From the NCBI RefSeq assembly GCF_004010195.1, contig NW_025214731.1, positions 1 through 50,000 on the forward strand: a stretch of 50,000 nucleotides of DNA, given 5' to 3'. Below the pieces are notes generated by a model that saw nothing but the letters and a program-made list of their open reading frames with translations, did not search any database and was not told the origin of the DNA. Position numbers and translations under genes: made by a program. Origin of the DNA: Chiloscyllium plagiosum. Lineage: Eukaryota. Of the stretch, positions 38,436-50,000 are shown one piece after another (position 1 is the first letter of the stretch; each line of letters starts with the position of its first letter).

Positions 38436-40900
38436 ATTAGATAGAACATAGAACAGTACAGCACAGAACAGGCCCTTCACCCACGATGTTGTGCCAACCA
38501 TTGATCCTCATGTAAGGTAAACCTAATGTACGAACCCTCAAATTTCTGTGACCATATGCATGTCCAGCAGTCTCTTAAATATCCCCAACGACCTCGCTTC
38601 CACAACTGCTGCTGGCAATGCATTCCATGCTCCCACAACTCTCTGCATAAAGAACCCACCTCTGACATCCCCTCTATACTTTCCGCTAAACTGCTTAAAA
38701 CTATGACCCCTCGTGTTAACAATTTCTGCCCTGGGAAAAAGTCTCTGGCTATCAACTCTATCTATGCCTTTCATTATCTTGTACACCTCAATTAGGTCCC
38801 CTCTCGTTCTTCTTTTTTCCAATAAAAAAAGTCCGAGCTCAATCAACCTCTCTTCGTAAGATAAGCCCTCCATTCCAGGCAGCATCCTGGTAAATCTCCT
38901 CTGAACCCTCTCCAAAGCATCCACATCTTTCCTATAATAGGGCGACCGGAACTAGAAACAGTATTCCACGTGCGGTCTAACCAAAGTTTTATAAAGCTGC
39001 AACACGATCTCACGACTCTGAAACTCAATCCCCCTGTTAATGAAAACCAAAACACCATATACTTTCTTCACAACCCTATCCACTTGGATGGCCATTTTAA
39101 GGGATCTATGTACCTGCACACCAAGATCCCTCTGTTCCTCCACACTGCCAAGAATCCTGTCTTTAATCCTGTACTCAACTTTCAAGTTCGACCTTCCAAA
39201 ATGCATCACTTCGCATTTGTCCAGATTGAACTCCATCTGCCACCTCTCAGCCCATCTCTGCATCCTGTCAATGTCCCGCTGCAGCCTACAACAGTCCTCT
39301 ATACTGTCAATGACACCTCCAACCATTGTGTCGTCTGCAAACTTGCTGATCCATCCTTCAATCTCCTCATCCAAGTCATTAATAAAAATTACAAAGAGTA
39401 CAGGCACAAGAACAGAGCCATGTGGAACACCACTCACCACTGACTTCCAGGCAGAATACTTTCCTTCCACTACCACTCACTGTCTTCTGTCGACCAGCCA
39501 ATTCTGTATCCAGGCAGCTAAATTTCCCCGTATCCCATTCCTCCTGACCTTCTGAATGAGTCTACCATGGGGAACCTTATCAAATGCCTTGCTGAAGTCC
39601 ATATACACCACATCCACCGCTTGACCACATCAACCTGTCTAGTAACATCCTCAAAGAACTCAATAAGATTTGTGAGGCATGACCTGCCCCTCACAAAGCC
39701 GTGCTGACTGCATTTCATCAAGCCATGCTCTTCCAGATGGTCATAAATCCTATCTCTCAGAATCCTTTCTAACACCTTGCAGAAGACAGATGTGAGACTG
39801 ACTGGTCTGTAATTGCCGGGGATTTCCCTATTTCCTTTCTTGAAGAGAGGAATTACATTTGCCTCATTCCAGTCCTCAGGTACAACTCCGGTGGAGAGCG
39901 AAGATGCAAAGATCTTCACAAGCAGCGAAGCAATCACATTTCTCACTTCCCAAAGCAGCCGAGGACAAATCTGGTCTGGCCCTGGCGACTTGTCAATCTT
40001 AATGTTTGTCAAAATGTTCAGCACATCAGCTTCCTCAATCTCTACCCATTCCAGCATGCTTACCGCTCCTCAATGGTTTCATTCACTACAAGGTCCTTTT
40101 CTTTAGTAAAGACAGGAGCAAAAAACTCATTTAGGGCTTCCTCTACCTCCTCAGACTCTATACACAAGTTCCCTATGCTATGCCTGATCGGCCCTACTCT
40201 TTCTTTGATCATTCTCTTATTCCTCACATACGTGTAAAATGCCTTGGATTCTCCCTAATCCTTCCTGCCAAGCCTTTTTCCTGCCCCCTCCTGGCTTTCC
40301 TCAGACCATTTTTGAGCTCCTTCCTCGCCTACCTGTAATCCTCTAGAGCTGAGCAAGACCCTAGCTTCCTCCACCTTACGTAAGCTGCCTTCTTTCTTTT
40401 GACGAGAAGCTCCTCCGCTCTCGTCATCCAAGGTTCCTTTATCTTACCCCTTCTTGCCTGTCTCAGAAGAACACATTTATGCATCACACCCAACAACTGT
40501 TCCTTAAACAGTCTCCACAAGTCTATAGTGCCCTTTCCATGGAACAATTGCTCCCAGTCCATGCTTCCCAACTCACGTCTGATAGCATCATAGTTTCCTC
40601 TACCCCAATTAAATATCCTCCCATTGTGCCTGCTTCTCTCCTTCTCCATTGCTATGTAGAATGTGAGCACCCATTACAACAACCCTACTACATTCACACT
40701 TTTCCAAAATCTGCCGACCTATGCTTTCTTCAATCTCCCTGCTGCTATTGGGGGACCTGTAGTAAACCCCTAATGAGGTGACTGCTCCTTTACTGTTCCT
40801 AATTTCCACCCATACTGACTCAGTAGGCAGACCCTCCTCAACAATGGTAACTTCTGTAGCTGTGATACCCTCTCCGATTAGATGTTCTCCAATCAGCAGC
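38436..40900 (-). mobile_element. CR1 LINE ORF2 (GTTCTAT-tail subfamily), frameshifted, deletion near 40665
   Basis: GVYYRSP, KSPGPD, PGNYRPVSLTS, QHGFVRGRSCLTNL, SKFADD, WQMEFN; (GTTCTAT) tail. Confidence 0.96.
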
Positions 40901-40974
40901 CTGTGACTTGTAGGATACCAAAGATCAAAGCTTGCACCCCAATCATTCATAATCTGTCACAATTATTTCAATAT

Positions 40975-41815
40975 AGGAACCAAAGATAATATTTCCAAAG
41001 TTGCAGATGATACTAGGTCACAACCTTCATTGCATTGATGGTGTGAAGAAGTTTCAAGGAGATTCAGACAGGATGTGAGAGTGGAAAAGAACGTGGCAGA
41101 TGCAGTATAATGTGACTCAGTGTGAAGTTGCCCATTTTGGTAAGAGAACCAGAGCTGTAGACTTTTCTTTTAAAACAGTGAGAGAACAGGAAATGTTGAT
41201 GTTGAAAAGGACTTGTATTTACTTGTTTATAAGGCACTGAAAGCTATCATGCAGGTGTACTGAGCAATTAGGAAGGCAAACAGCTTGTTGGCATTCTCTT
41301 CTATAATCCAATCCTCTTGCAATAAAGAGGTCTTGTTGCAGTTGGAAAGAACATTGAAGAGTCTGCACTGGCCTTTGTGTCATGGAGGTATACCAGACTA
41401 ATTCCTGGGATGGTGAAACTTTCCTATTAGGAAAGATTAAGACGAGTGTGTTCCCATGAGTTTAGAAGAATGAGAAGTGATTTCATTTAAACATACAAAG
41501 TTCTTAAAAAGGGCAAGATTGGGTAGATGGAGGAAAGATGTTTCCCCAAGTTTTATGGAGGCGTGGGGGAAGGTGCCCAGAACCAGGGAGTCGCAAAAAT
41601 AAGGAAAAAGCTGTTTAGGACTGAGAAGAGGATAAATTTCTTCATTCCGCATCTCAGTAGTTGTGGCTGTGGAAGCTCAGTTCTTGAGTAAGTTCAAGAC
41701 AGTAGATGCTAATAATCACAAGGAATAGCACAGAGAAATAGAATTGAGATAAATAATCAACCTTAATTTAACATAGTGGGGGTGGGCTCAAGGGGCCAAA
41801 TTCACGCTCCTATGT
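40975..41815 (+). mobile_element. old CR1 RT-to-3' fragment
   Basis: ISKVADDT, WQMQYNV..CEVAHFG; decayed C-terminus. Confidence 0.8.
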
Positions 41816-43171
41816 TCCAGAAATATCAGGTTCTCCTCATGCACCTCTTCACAATTGCTTCAAAAGTGGGATCAAAGGAAAACATGTAACAGCCTGCTGC
41901 ATCAGGGAATTATGTTTGTTAAGTGTCAAAACCGAAACACTTCAATTTTTTTGTCGCAGCAAGTGTTGGCTTGAATGTCACCTAACAGTGCACAAGTCAG
42001 TTGAGAATAAAAATGACAAACATTTCTTCTCAGAGAGATTTGCAATTGGGGTTTTTACTATATAACAAGTGATTGTGAACAGAACTCCATTGGACTGTGA
42101 ATAATTGAGCTGATTCAGTCATATTGAATTCGCTTCTATTTCCACATAACCAAGACCCGAAAAATTAGGCTCCATTCAGACAAGTTAATCCAAAGCCCAA
42201 CTGAACTGTGGGTACTGTTTCCTGCTTTTATAATTTCAGAAAGCGATCAGACATCAAAGTTTCAAAAATAGTTTCAAAGGCTGAAAGCACCAATAGCACA
42301 CAATTCATAAACTGCACCATTTTAACATATGAGATGAGCAATTTAACAAGTTAATAATTTGGATGTTACAACTACTTAAAATATAAATGTTTGAAGTTTG
42401 TATCCATCACAAACTAAGGTGTCACGACAACAGCTAATAAGCAATGACCTAGCTTTGAAAGGAGAACAGTAATAAGTTCATAACTAGGAACATAGTTATG
42501 ACCTCATTTTGCCTGTGTGAATACTAACCAGTTAGGCCTCTTACAAATTTGCTGGATATCCAGAAAAGGGCTATTAAAAGTTCATACTTTTTAATTTTAA
42601 TAAATGATTGTTGTAAATCAATATTACCAAACCAGAACAGTAGTCACAATTCAAAGCATTATTAAACCTTCAACTCGATTCCTCTAATGCATCATAGGAT
42701 CCATGCAGAAAATATTGCTGACAAAACTACAAAGCAGTTCCAACATTTCATTTTAAGTTTTGTGGTTTCTTTTTGTTACTAAAAAATATTTTCATAATGG
42801 GTGGGTCGTGCATAAATTTGGAGTCTATTGACATCTTTTTATATAGATAAAAAAGGATTCTCAATTCAGTCTCAGGTCCCATTGAGTTAGATAATCTCAG
42901 TTGGTGCAGTGAGGATTCTGGACCATTTCCCTCAGTATTCTCTGAAAAATAAGCCCAGCTGGAGGGAAAAAAAATATGCATTTGTCTTGCATTTTTTGCA
43001 ACCACTTAAGGCTCTTACGTATCTTTGAAGTGTAGTCACTGTTGTCAGTTGGGACCAGTTATCATTACAAATTTGCTAAAAACAATGCATGTATGTCAGA
43101 TTTAAGGTCTCTGTGGCGGAAGGGGTCAGGTATCTCTATTGATACTTAGGAAAGGCTCACATGCAGAATAT

Positions 43172-43710
43172 TTAGTCCTAGAAATGTACAGCACGGAAAC
43201 AGATCCTTCGGTCCAACTCGTCCAAGCCATCCCGATACCCTAACCTAATCTAGCCCCATTTGCCAGCATTTGGCCCATATCCCTCTAAACCCTTCCTATT
43301 CATATACCCATCCAAGTGCCTTTTAAATGCTGTTATTGTACCAACCTCCACCACTTCCTCTGGCAGCTCATTCCATACACGTACCACCATCTGCATTAAA
43401 AAGTTGCCCCTTAGGTGTCTTTTATATCTTTCCCCTCTCACCCTAAACCTATACCTTCTTTTTCTGGACTCCCCACCGCAGAGAAATGACCTTGCCTATT
43501 TATCCTATCCATGCCCTCATGATTTTATAAACTTCTAAGATCACCCATCAGCCTCCGACGTTCCAGGGAAAACAGCCCCAGCCTATTCAGTCTCTCCCTG
43601 AAGCCCTAACCCTCCAACCCTGGCAACATCCTTGTAAATCTTTTCTGAACTGCTTCAAGTTTCACAACATCCTTCTGATAGAAATGCACGCAATATTCCA
43701 AAAGTGGCCA
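43172..43710 (-). mobile_element. HER1/CR1 3' fragment
   Basis: VVRVWNELPEEVVE...FKRHLDGYM. Confidence 0.92.
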
Positions 43711-46324
43711 AGATTACTCAAACTTTGCACCTTTTGGAGTGAAAACAAAATGGAGAAATTTGCTGAGGGAGAAAACAATACGGATAGACAAAATGTCAGA
43801 TACTCTGTGATTGTCATCACAATTGTAGAAACCAATTGCATACATAAATGCAATGTACTGATGAGCATAATGTGTTGTTTTCAATATTGCGAACAATGTG
43901 TACCTTCCTCTGAGCATTGTCATTATAACATGACAAACTGTACCTTGACTGCCACAGTCAGACTACACTGTAGGGATTCTATGTTTCCATATTGATTCTT
44001 TATTAAGTGAAAACAGAAGTTGTCATTCATAATGTACATAGACCCAAATGCTTAAGTGTTGTGAAAGTGATAAAGCAAGTTATTGATTTTATGTGAGCAT
44101 TTTGTCAGTTACACATGATCAGACCTGCCAAGAACTGTGCTTAAATATGTTTTCCTGAGGCCTCATTACCATTTGCCAGAACTAACAATTTTGCACTTCC
44201 CCCCCCTCCATCACTTCCTTCTTCCCACCCCTACTCCCCAGAAAGCAGACAGAAGCTTTGGCTAAAGTGCTCTTTTTGATTAAATTGCATGTAGCTGAGA
44301 CCTGACACAATCTCCACTCAGGTCTTTGGTCAAAAGACCACTTCAATTGTGTTAGGGAGTAAACTCCATTCTATAACACACAGCATGCGCAGGCTGCTAG
44401 TGTTGTCACAGGGTCATAAAACAACTTCATTCATGCATCCAACTGTTCCCAGTGGGACAGTGAACATTTGACCAGACAAAGTGGACATTCATTTATCCAG
44501 ATCCATGCCAAACACTCATATTTCAAGGTCTACCAGGGGTCAGCAGCATGACTTTAAACAATATTAAAACAGTCAACCAACTTGCTTTACAAAAACCATT
44601 AGAAATAAAAAGATTAGTTACATCTAAATCACAAAACTTATTAAAAATTACTCATACTTTTAAAGAAGTGTTTCTTACTCTATTCAATAATGGGTTTCCG
44701 GATGGGTTTGTATGATAAAACAATATATGCTCTGAACTCATTAAAGTGTATAATGTGATGTACGTTCAAGACAAGTACAGTCATGCAATGTGAAACTGTA
44801 AAGAAGACAAATTCTCTTTATTTTGGCTGGTTCTGTTCAAGCATATTCACTGGCCAACTCGCATTTACAATGACGTTTAGGACTGGTCAGCTGACCGATT
44901 TGACAGAGCACGATTCTTCTAGATGGAAATCGCTTCATGAATGAATTGAAAAGACTTTTATGTCAGTGTGCATTTTTAAAATGCCACCCATTACGATAAA
45001 CATGACAAGTGCCGAACTTGCTTTAATATTCAACAGGCCGCGTGAACCACGTCTCTATTCTCTGATAGCAATTATAATCATCATAACTAATATTTGTGGC
45101 CAAATATCATATCTGTTTAATTATTTGGCAAGAGAGTAAATAAATATCTCAGTAGATCAAGCACTTATGGCTTCTTCCTGAATTTGGGGGAAAATCTCAA
45201 TGAAAACGGACAGCAAGCATTTGTTTATTTTTAAAAAAACGTCCAATTTTTCTGGATTTTCACTCAACTGTATTCAAGGGTAAGAGGCTCAGAACAAATA
45301 AGAAAACAGACAAACTAAATAGGGCAGCTTTTTCAGTTGGGTAAGAATGCGGCTGTTCGAGGGCAATCCATTTTTTTTTAAACCATCCTTCCTGTTGAGA
45401 TACCTTAATTGCTGTATCTTCAATTTGACACAGCAAACGTTCCAATAAAGTGCCTGGTTTCCTAACATTACAATGAAGTGTAAATTGCACGGACAGCGTT
45501 TTCCATGCAATGTTTCTAATTAGGGCGCGAAACCATATCAACATTTTAGTTATTTCAGAGTGTAGACAGTCTATTTTGACAAGAGTTTTATGATAACCAC
45601 ACAGTCACAATATCTGTGTGAAGCCTGAAGACCACCCAACCCCCAATGGGAATAAATTCTCTGAAGGAAACACATTCATTGTTTTCTTTAACTACTATTG
45701 GGGCGACAAGTCAAATTGTATCACCACGGTGACAGGCCGAACGGTCGACTTCTGTCCATTAATATTCTGCATTTAAAATCCAAGCATTTATTGTTCCCTG
45801 CCGCACGTGAAAACTAATATTGTTACTATACAGAAACCAGTCCCTTGTTGAAACTCGTTTCCACACATGCACTAGCACAAAGCACACCAATCGACAATAA
45901 ACAGAGTTGCACTGCTCAGTTAAGGCTGAGGTAAAAACGCCGCCGAGTCTCCAAACATTAAGGGTCATTTGCAGGCGGTTCCAGCTCAATGTTGTCTGCC
46001 CCAGGAGGATGAATGTAACAATTTGACAATACGGAATTATATTAGATAGTGGGGAAACTGGAACCTTCCCTCTCAAAATCTTGACTGGGTTTCCCAAGCG
46101 ACCTTTGTTTCCTCGGACTATCCTGGGCGTTCGGACCCAGGTAACCGGATCGCTCGGAAACAAATGAAGCACACGTCCTGATAACGAGAGAGAGAGAAAG
46201 AGCGCGCTTCGAAGTTCCTGAACGAGGCCAAAATAAAACTCTTCCCATCTAAGAGTCACTGTTTTACATTGTTGTGTAGCAGAAATCAACTCAAAACATT
46301 GCACCCAGAAGCAGATCTGCTTAC

Positions 46325-46440
46325 CCGAAGCGTTGTGTTTCTCCGTGTAGTCGGCTTCTCAGCCCTGTCTCAGTTGAAACTTCTTGTTGCTACTTTGTTG
46401 CACCGTTGTATCGCCGCCGGTGGAGCTCTACAGCAGCTCC
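46325..46440 (-). other. putative non-coding first exon of an unidentified minus-strand gene
   Basis: Donor CGG|GTAAGC at 46325/46324, no ATG, just downstream of the ZNF143-type motif; 5' end approximate. Confidence 0.55.
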
Positions 46441-46446
46441 CTCTCA

Positions 46447-46465
46447 GCCTTCTGGGAGATGTAGT
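46447..46465 (-). promoter_or_regulatory. ZNF143/THAP11 (SBS) motif
   Basis: Minus strand ACTACATCTCCCAGAAGGC matches the ACTACAnnTCCCA(G) promoter motif. Confidence 0.75.
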
Positions 46466-46819
46466 TCACTTGTTTGGCAATTAGTTCCAGCAAACATATC
46501 TCAACCTCATCTTCACCGGTTTACAGTTTGCAATTGTCTGTCTACAGTCTACTTCAGATCGAAAACTTGCATAAAGAGAGCGTCAGTTTAGGGCTAATAC
46601 CTCTTAAACCTGTCAACTTCCGTTGATTTTGGGTTATCATCCTCTAGTTTGGCTGACCACAGAAATTTGCCACCATCCTCCCACGTGCAAGTTATGATCC
46701 TCACCACCATTGTCCCTATCTCTTGTGAAGAAACTAAGATGCTGAGGTATCGTACCAAGACAATTATCCTTCTTCCTGGCTATTATACTGGGGCTCATTT
46801 CCAACAAATTACTCAGAGG

Positions 46820-46990
46820 CCTGATGAGAATTTACAGAACTAGGCAGGAAAATATTAGCTGCATTGCACTGCCTTCAAACCTAACCACAATCACTCCAAC
46901 CTGATCTCCAATGTGACGATGTGTGCTGCTCCTTCAGAAACTGACCTCAAGATCATGATTGACTTTTTCTCCAAAGCTTTTGAGGAAAGA
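46820..46990 (+). mobile_element. RTE-clade RT relic
   Basis: DDVCAAPSETDLKIMIDFFSKAFE resembles RTE ADD....SE.DLQ...D.F..A. Confidence 0.55.
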
Positions 46991-46994
46991 GGAG

Positions 46995-47150
46995 GTGATG
47001 TTATAGCAGGACTATTAACCCAGAGACTGAGTAACATTCTGGGGAACTGCGTTCAAATCCAACTAAAAGTCTAATAGTAGCTGAGAACCCATTGCTGTTT
47101 GTTGTGGAAAAGCCCATTTGATTCAATGTCTCTGTTCTTTCCCTAAAGGA
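46995..47150 (+). mobile_element. SINE 5' half (family of 7440-7750)
   Basis: GGACTATTAACCCAGAGAC...GTTCAAATCC...GAAAAGCCCATTTGATTCA. Confidence 0.6.
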
Positions 47151-48032
47151 TATCAAATTCTCAGTTAATTTTTTTCCCCAAAATCAGATTGATAGTTGGT
47201 TTCTAAACTTCATTAACAGCTTATTTAATAATAAATAATCCAGTGCAGCTACACTCATTCCCCCCTGTTTTCTCTCAGGTATTAAAAACAGACCCTGAAT
47301 GGTGGTAAAAAATCTTTGATCAGTATAAACCTCTCCCCCCCTTATAACTTTCTTCCTGCTTCTATTCCAGATTAATATTTGGATTAACAGTGCCATGATA
47401 AGGAAGAGAATTGAGTCCCATGCTTTAATTTCTGTCAGTTCTGTAGTTTTGGTGTTTGTGGAGTGAACCTGATACATTTGCTTTGTTGTCAAAATTGCCA
47501 AAACTGTCCTTGTCATTGAGTCACAGAGTCATGTCGTGAAACTCCAATTTTCATTGCACATGATGATCTTGCTGAAAGATAATGGATGTGGAAAAGAAAA
47601 AGAGTTGCATTTATAGAGCACTCTGATATCTACCTAACATTTCAAAGCATTTTACAGCCAATTAAGTCTAGATTGAAATGTGGTTACTTTTGTAATGTAC
47701 AATACGTAGAAGTCCAAGTCTTGCTTCATTTGGGCATGAGCAGCACAATGTCCAAATACAACAAGACCTGGATAGTATCCAGCATGATAAATGATAAGTA
47801 AGTCAACACCCAAATAAACACAGGGAAATGACCATCTCAAGGGAGAATCTAACTATCATCCCTTGACATTTAATAGCATCACCATCACTGATTCCCCCAG
47901 TAACAACAGGGATGGAGGTTACCATTCTCCAGAAACTGAACTGGATTAGCCATATAAATACTGTGGCTACAAGAACAGGTCAGAGGGTACGGTGAATTCA
48001 CCCCATGACTCTCCAAAGCCTGTCCATCATCT

Positions 48033-48260
48033 GAAAAATGTTTTGCTGGAAAAGCGCAGCAGGTCAGGCAGCATCCAACGAGCAGGAGAATCGACGTTTT
48101 GGGCATAAGCCCTTCTTCAGGAATGAGAGCCCTTCCTGAAGAAGGGCTTATGCCCGAAACGTCGATTCTCCTGCTCCTTGGATGCTGCCTGACCTGCTGC
48201 ACTTTTCCAGCAACACATTTTTCAGCTCTGATCTCCAGCAACTGCAGTCCTCACTTTCTC
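48033..48260 (+). mobile_element. palindromic PLE terminal-repeat insertion (copy C)
   Basis: About 90-bp inverted arms, 9-nt spacer, hammerhead motif in both arms; TSD CCTGTCCATCATCT at 48019-48032 and 48261-48274. Confidence 0.9.
48133..48166 (+). ncRNA. minimal type I hammerhead ribozyme motif (PLE-type)
   Basis: TTC-CTGAAGA-A-GGGC-TTAT-GCCC-GAAA-CGTC-GA: core boxes, 4-bp stem II, palindromic ACGT, GUC triplet; activity not shown. Confidence 0.6.
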
Positions 48261-48749
48261 CCTGTCCATCATCTACAAGGCACAAATCAGGAGTGGGATG
48301 GAATGCTTCCAACTTACCTGGATGGATGTAGCTCTAACAACACTCAACAAACTTCACACCATCCAGGACAAAGCAGACCGCTTAATTGGCACCACATCCA
48401 CAAACATCTATTCCCTCCATCAAAAAGTTTGCATTATATACAGTGTTTCAAGATGGCTCTGGAACATGGTGGCACTTTGCATACAACACGCGAAAAACTC
48501 TTCACTTTTTGTATACGTGACAATAAATCTAAATTAATGCTCAGTAGTAGAAGTTTAGCCAGATGCATTGCAGAAATTCACCAAGGTTTCTTAGACACCA
48601 TCTTCCAAACCCACGAACACTACCAGCTAGAAGAATATCGGAACAACACCCCTGCAAGATCCCTTCCAAGCCACTCACCATTCTGACTTGGAAGTACATG
48701 GCCATTCCTTCAGTATCGTTGAATGTGATCCAGGAACTCTCCATATGGT

Positions 48750-49502
48750 ACAAATGGACTGCAGTCATTTAAGGAGGCAGTTCATCACCATCTTCTCTGG
48801 GGCAAATAGGGACAGGCAATAAATGCTGGTGCAACCAGCGATACTACATCTCTTAGATTAATAAAAAAAAGTAAATTTGCTCACAGAAAACTCCAACACA
48901 CACCACTGAGGGTAGATGCATTACAATTTAATATCTCAGCCCCTGACAGTGCAGCACTCCCTCAGTATTGTACTGCAAACTCAGCATTGATTCTCAGGCA
49001 CTCAAGTGGGATTTGAACCTTGTGACCCAGGCATGTTTATCACCAATAAAACTCCAGCTGACAGAGTGGTTGGTTTCACATTGCAAAGATAAGAAGGCAA
49101 AGTACAGATGTCACTTTCCAACCATGCAAGCAACAAAATGACTCAGGACAAATGAGGAGATTATGAATAAATTATAATAAAATGCCATAACTGGTGCTTC
49201 ATCCTAATCAACAAAGACCAATCCAGAAATAGAAAGCCAGACCACAGATAGAAATGATGTTGACATGTTCATATTGCAACATAAATCGTTTGGACTATTG
49301 TGAAATGTTAAATTGAGATGTTAAATTGTAATGCATCTACCCGCAGTGGTGTGTTTTGGAGTTTTCTGTGAGCAAATTTACTTTTTTTTATTAATCTAAG
49401 AGATGTAGTATCGCTGGTTGCACCAGCATTTATTGCCTGTCCCTATTTGCCCCAGAGAAGATGGTGATGAACTGCCTTCTTAAATGACTGCAGTCCATTT
49501 GT
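48750..49502. repeat. 189-bp inverted duplication
   Basis: 48750-48938 equals the reverse complement of 49314-49502, with 4 substitutions by my count. Confidence 0.93.
48940..49063 (-). mobile_element. Deu-domain SINE 5' fragment
   Basis: GACAGTGCAGCACTCCCTCAGTA...AGTGGGATTTGAACC (Deu domain and B-box, reverse complement). Confidence 0.7.
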
Positions 49503-50000
49503 GAAATTTATAAAATGATCATGTTTTTGCACTGTAGTTACAAGTAAACAGGTTGTGTGATATGTTCTTGCGTCTGCCTGACTATAGATCTTAGTGTTTG
49601 TTAAAAATTAAAATAAGACTCAGATTGTTTTGCTGGGAAGAAGGCCCTTTTAATTCAAATTTTTAATTTTTTAAAATATTAGGTTACTGTGCCAAGAAAT
49701 TCCCAAACTGTAGGAAATCTTTATTAAGTCTTCCCGAACTTATAGGAATACTTTGGAACACTTGAAAATCTTCCACATAATTAATTGCAATCACCGGCAG
49801 TGGCATCAGTATTTACAGTGGTTAGACTCCAAAGTCAAACAAATGTGTTGAAAATGTCAGGCTCTAAACAATCCTTTAAACTGTCCATATAGTTCAAAGA
49901 CAGCATAGAATTTGTCTCTAAAGAAAAGCTAAACAGCACTTCTATCTGGATACAAGGTTCATGTGATTTTTGTTGGCAGGATGGTGGGTTTTGAAAGGGA

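Larger units (their letters stand above)
45700..46470 (-). promoter_or_regulatory. CpG-enriched promoter / first-exon region
   Basis: Visibly high CpG density against a CpG-depleted window; repeat-free; contains the ZNF143-type motif and a donor site. Confidence 0.65.
47790..48870 (+). mobile_element. second CR1-like LINE family, 3' portion, carrying PLE copy C
   Basis: VTILQKLNWISHINTVATRTGQR, IIYKAQIRS, TTLNKLHTIQDKA; tail GGCAATAAATGCTGG...AAAAAAAA. Confidence 0.85.

Noticed and set aside
38970..39555. 157-aa and 171-aa plus-strand ORFs
   Set aside because: Antisense shadows of CR1 ORF2; the same applies to similar ORFs at 9290, 29439 and 35113.
45759..46304. 181-aa minus-strand ORF
   Set aside because: No recognisable domain; lies just inside the putative first intron, in GC-richer sequence where long chance ORFs are expected.
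47184..47516. 110-aa ORF with a hydrophobic stretch
   Set aside because: No family similarity or splice context that I can recognise.
48099..48686. 195-aa ORF
   Set aside because: Chance read-through across the PLE hairpin and an off-frame LINE.

Overview
AT-rich vertebrate genomic DNA, almost certainly from an elasmobranch (shark). This is inferred from HE1-type V-SINEs and HER1/CR1 LINEs; the species cannot be read from the sequence. I recognise no host protein-coding exon. The long ORFs in the track are decayed retrotransposon ORF2 pieces, their antisense shadows, or chance ORFs. A CpG-enriched segment at about 45.7-46.5 kb has a ZNF143-type motif and a strong minus-strand splice donor. 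It probably marks the promoter and non-coding first exon of a minus-strand gene, so most of the window would be intronic. The rest is layered retroelement debris: CR1/HER1, Rex1/Babar, RTE, L2, V-SINE and Deu-SINE copies, and a solo LTR. The most interesting signal is a set of short Penelope-like (PLE) terminal-repeat insertions. They carry a minimal hammerhead-ribozyme core, often form hairpins folded at that core, and are flanked by 8-15 bp target duplications. There are also several local templated rearrangements: a 52-bp fold-back at a LINE deletion, a 189-bp inverted copy, and a ~131-bp tandem duplication.
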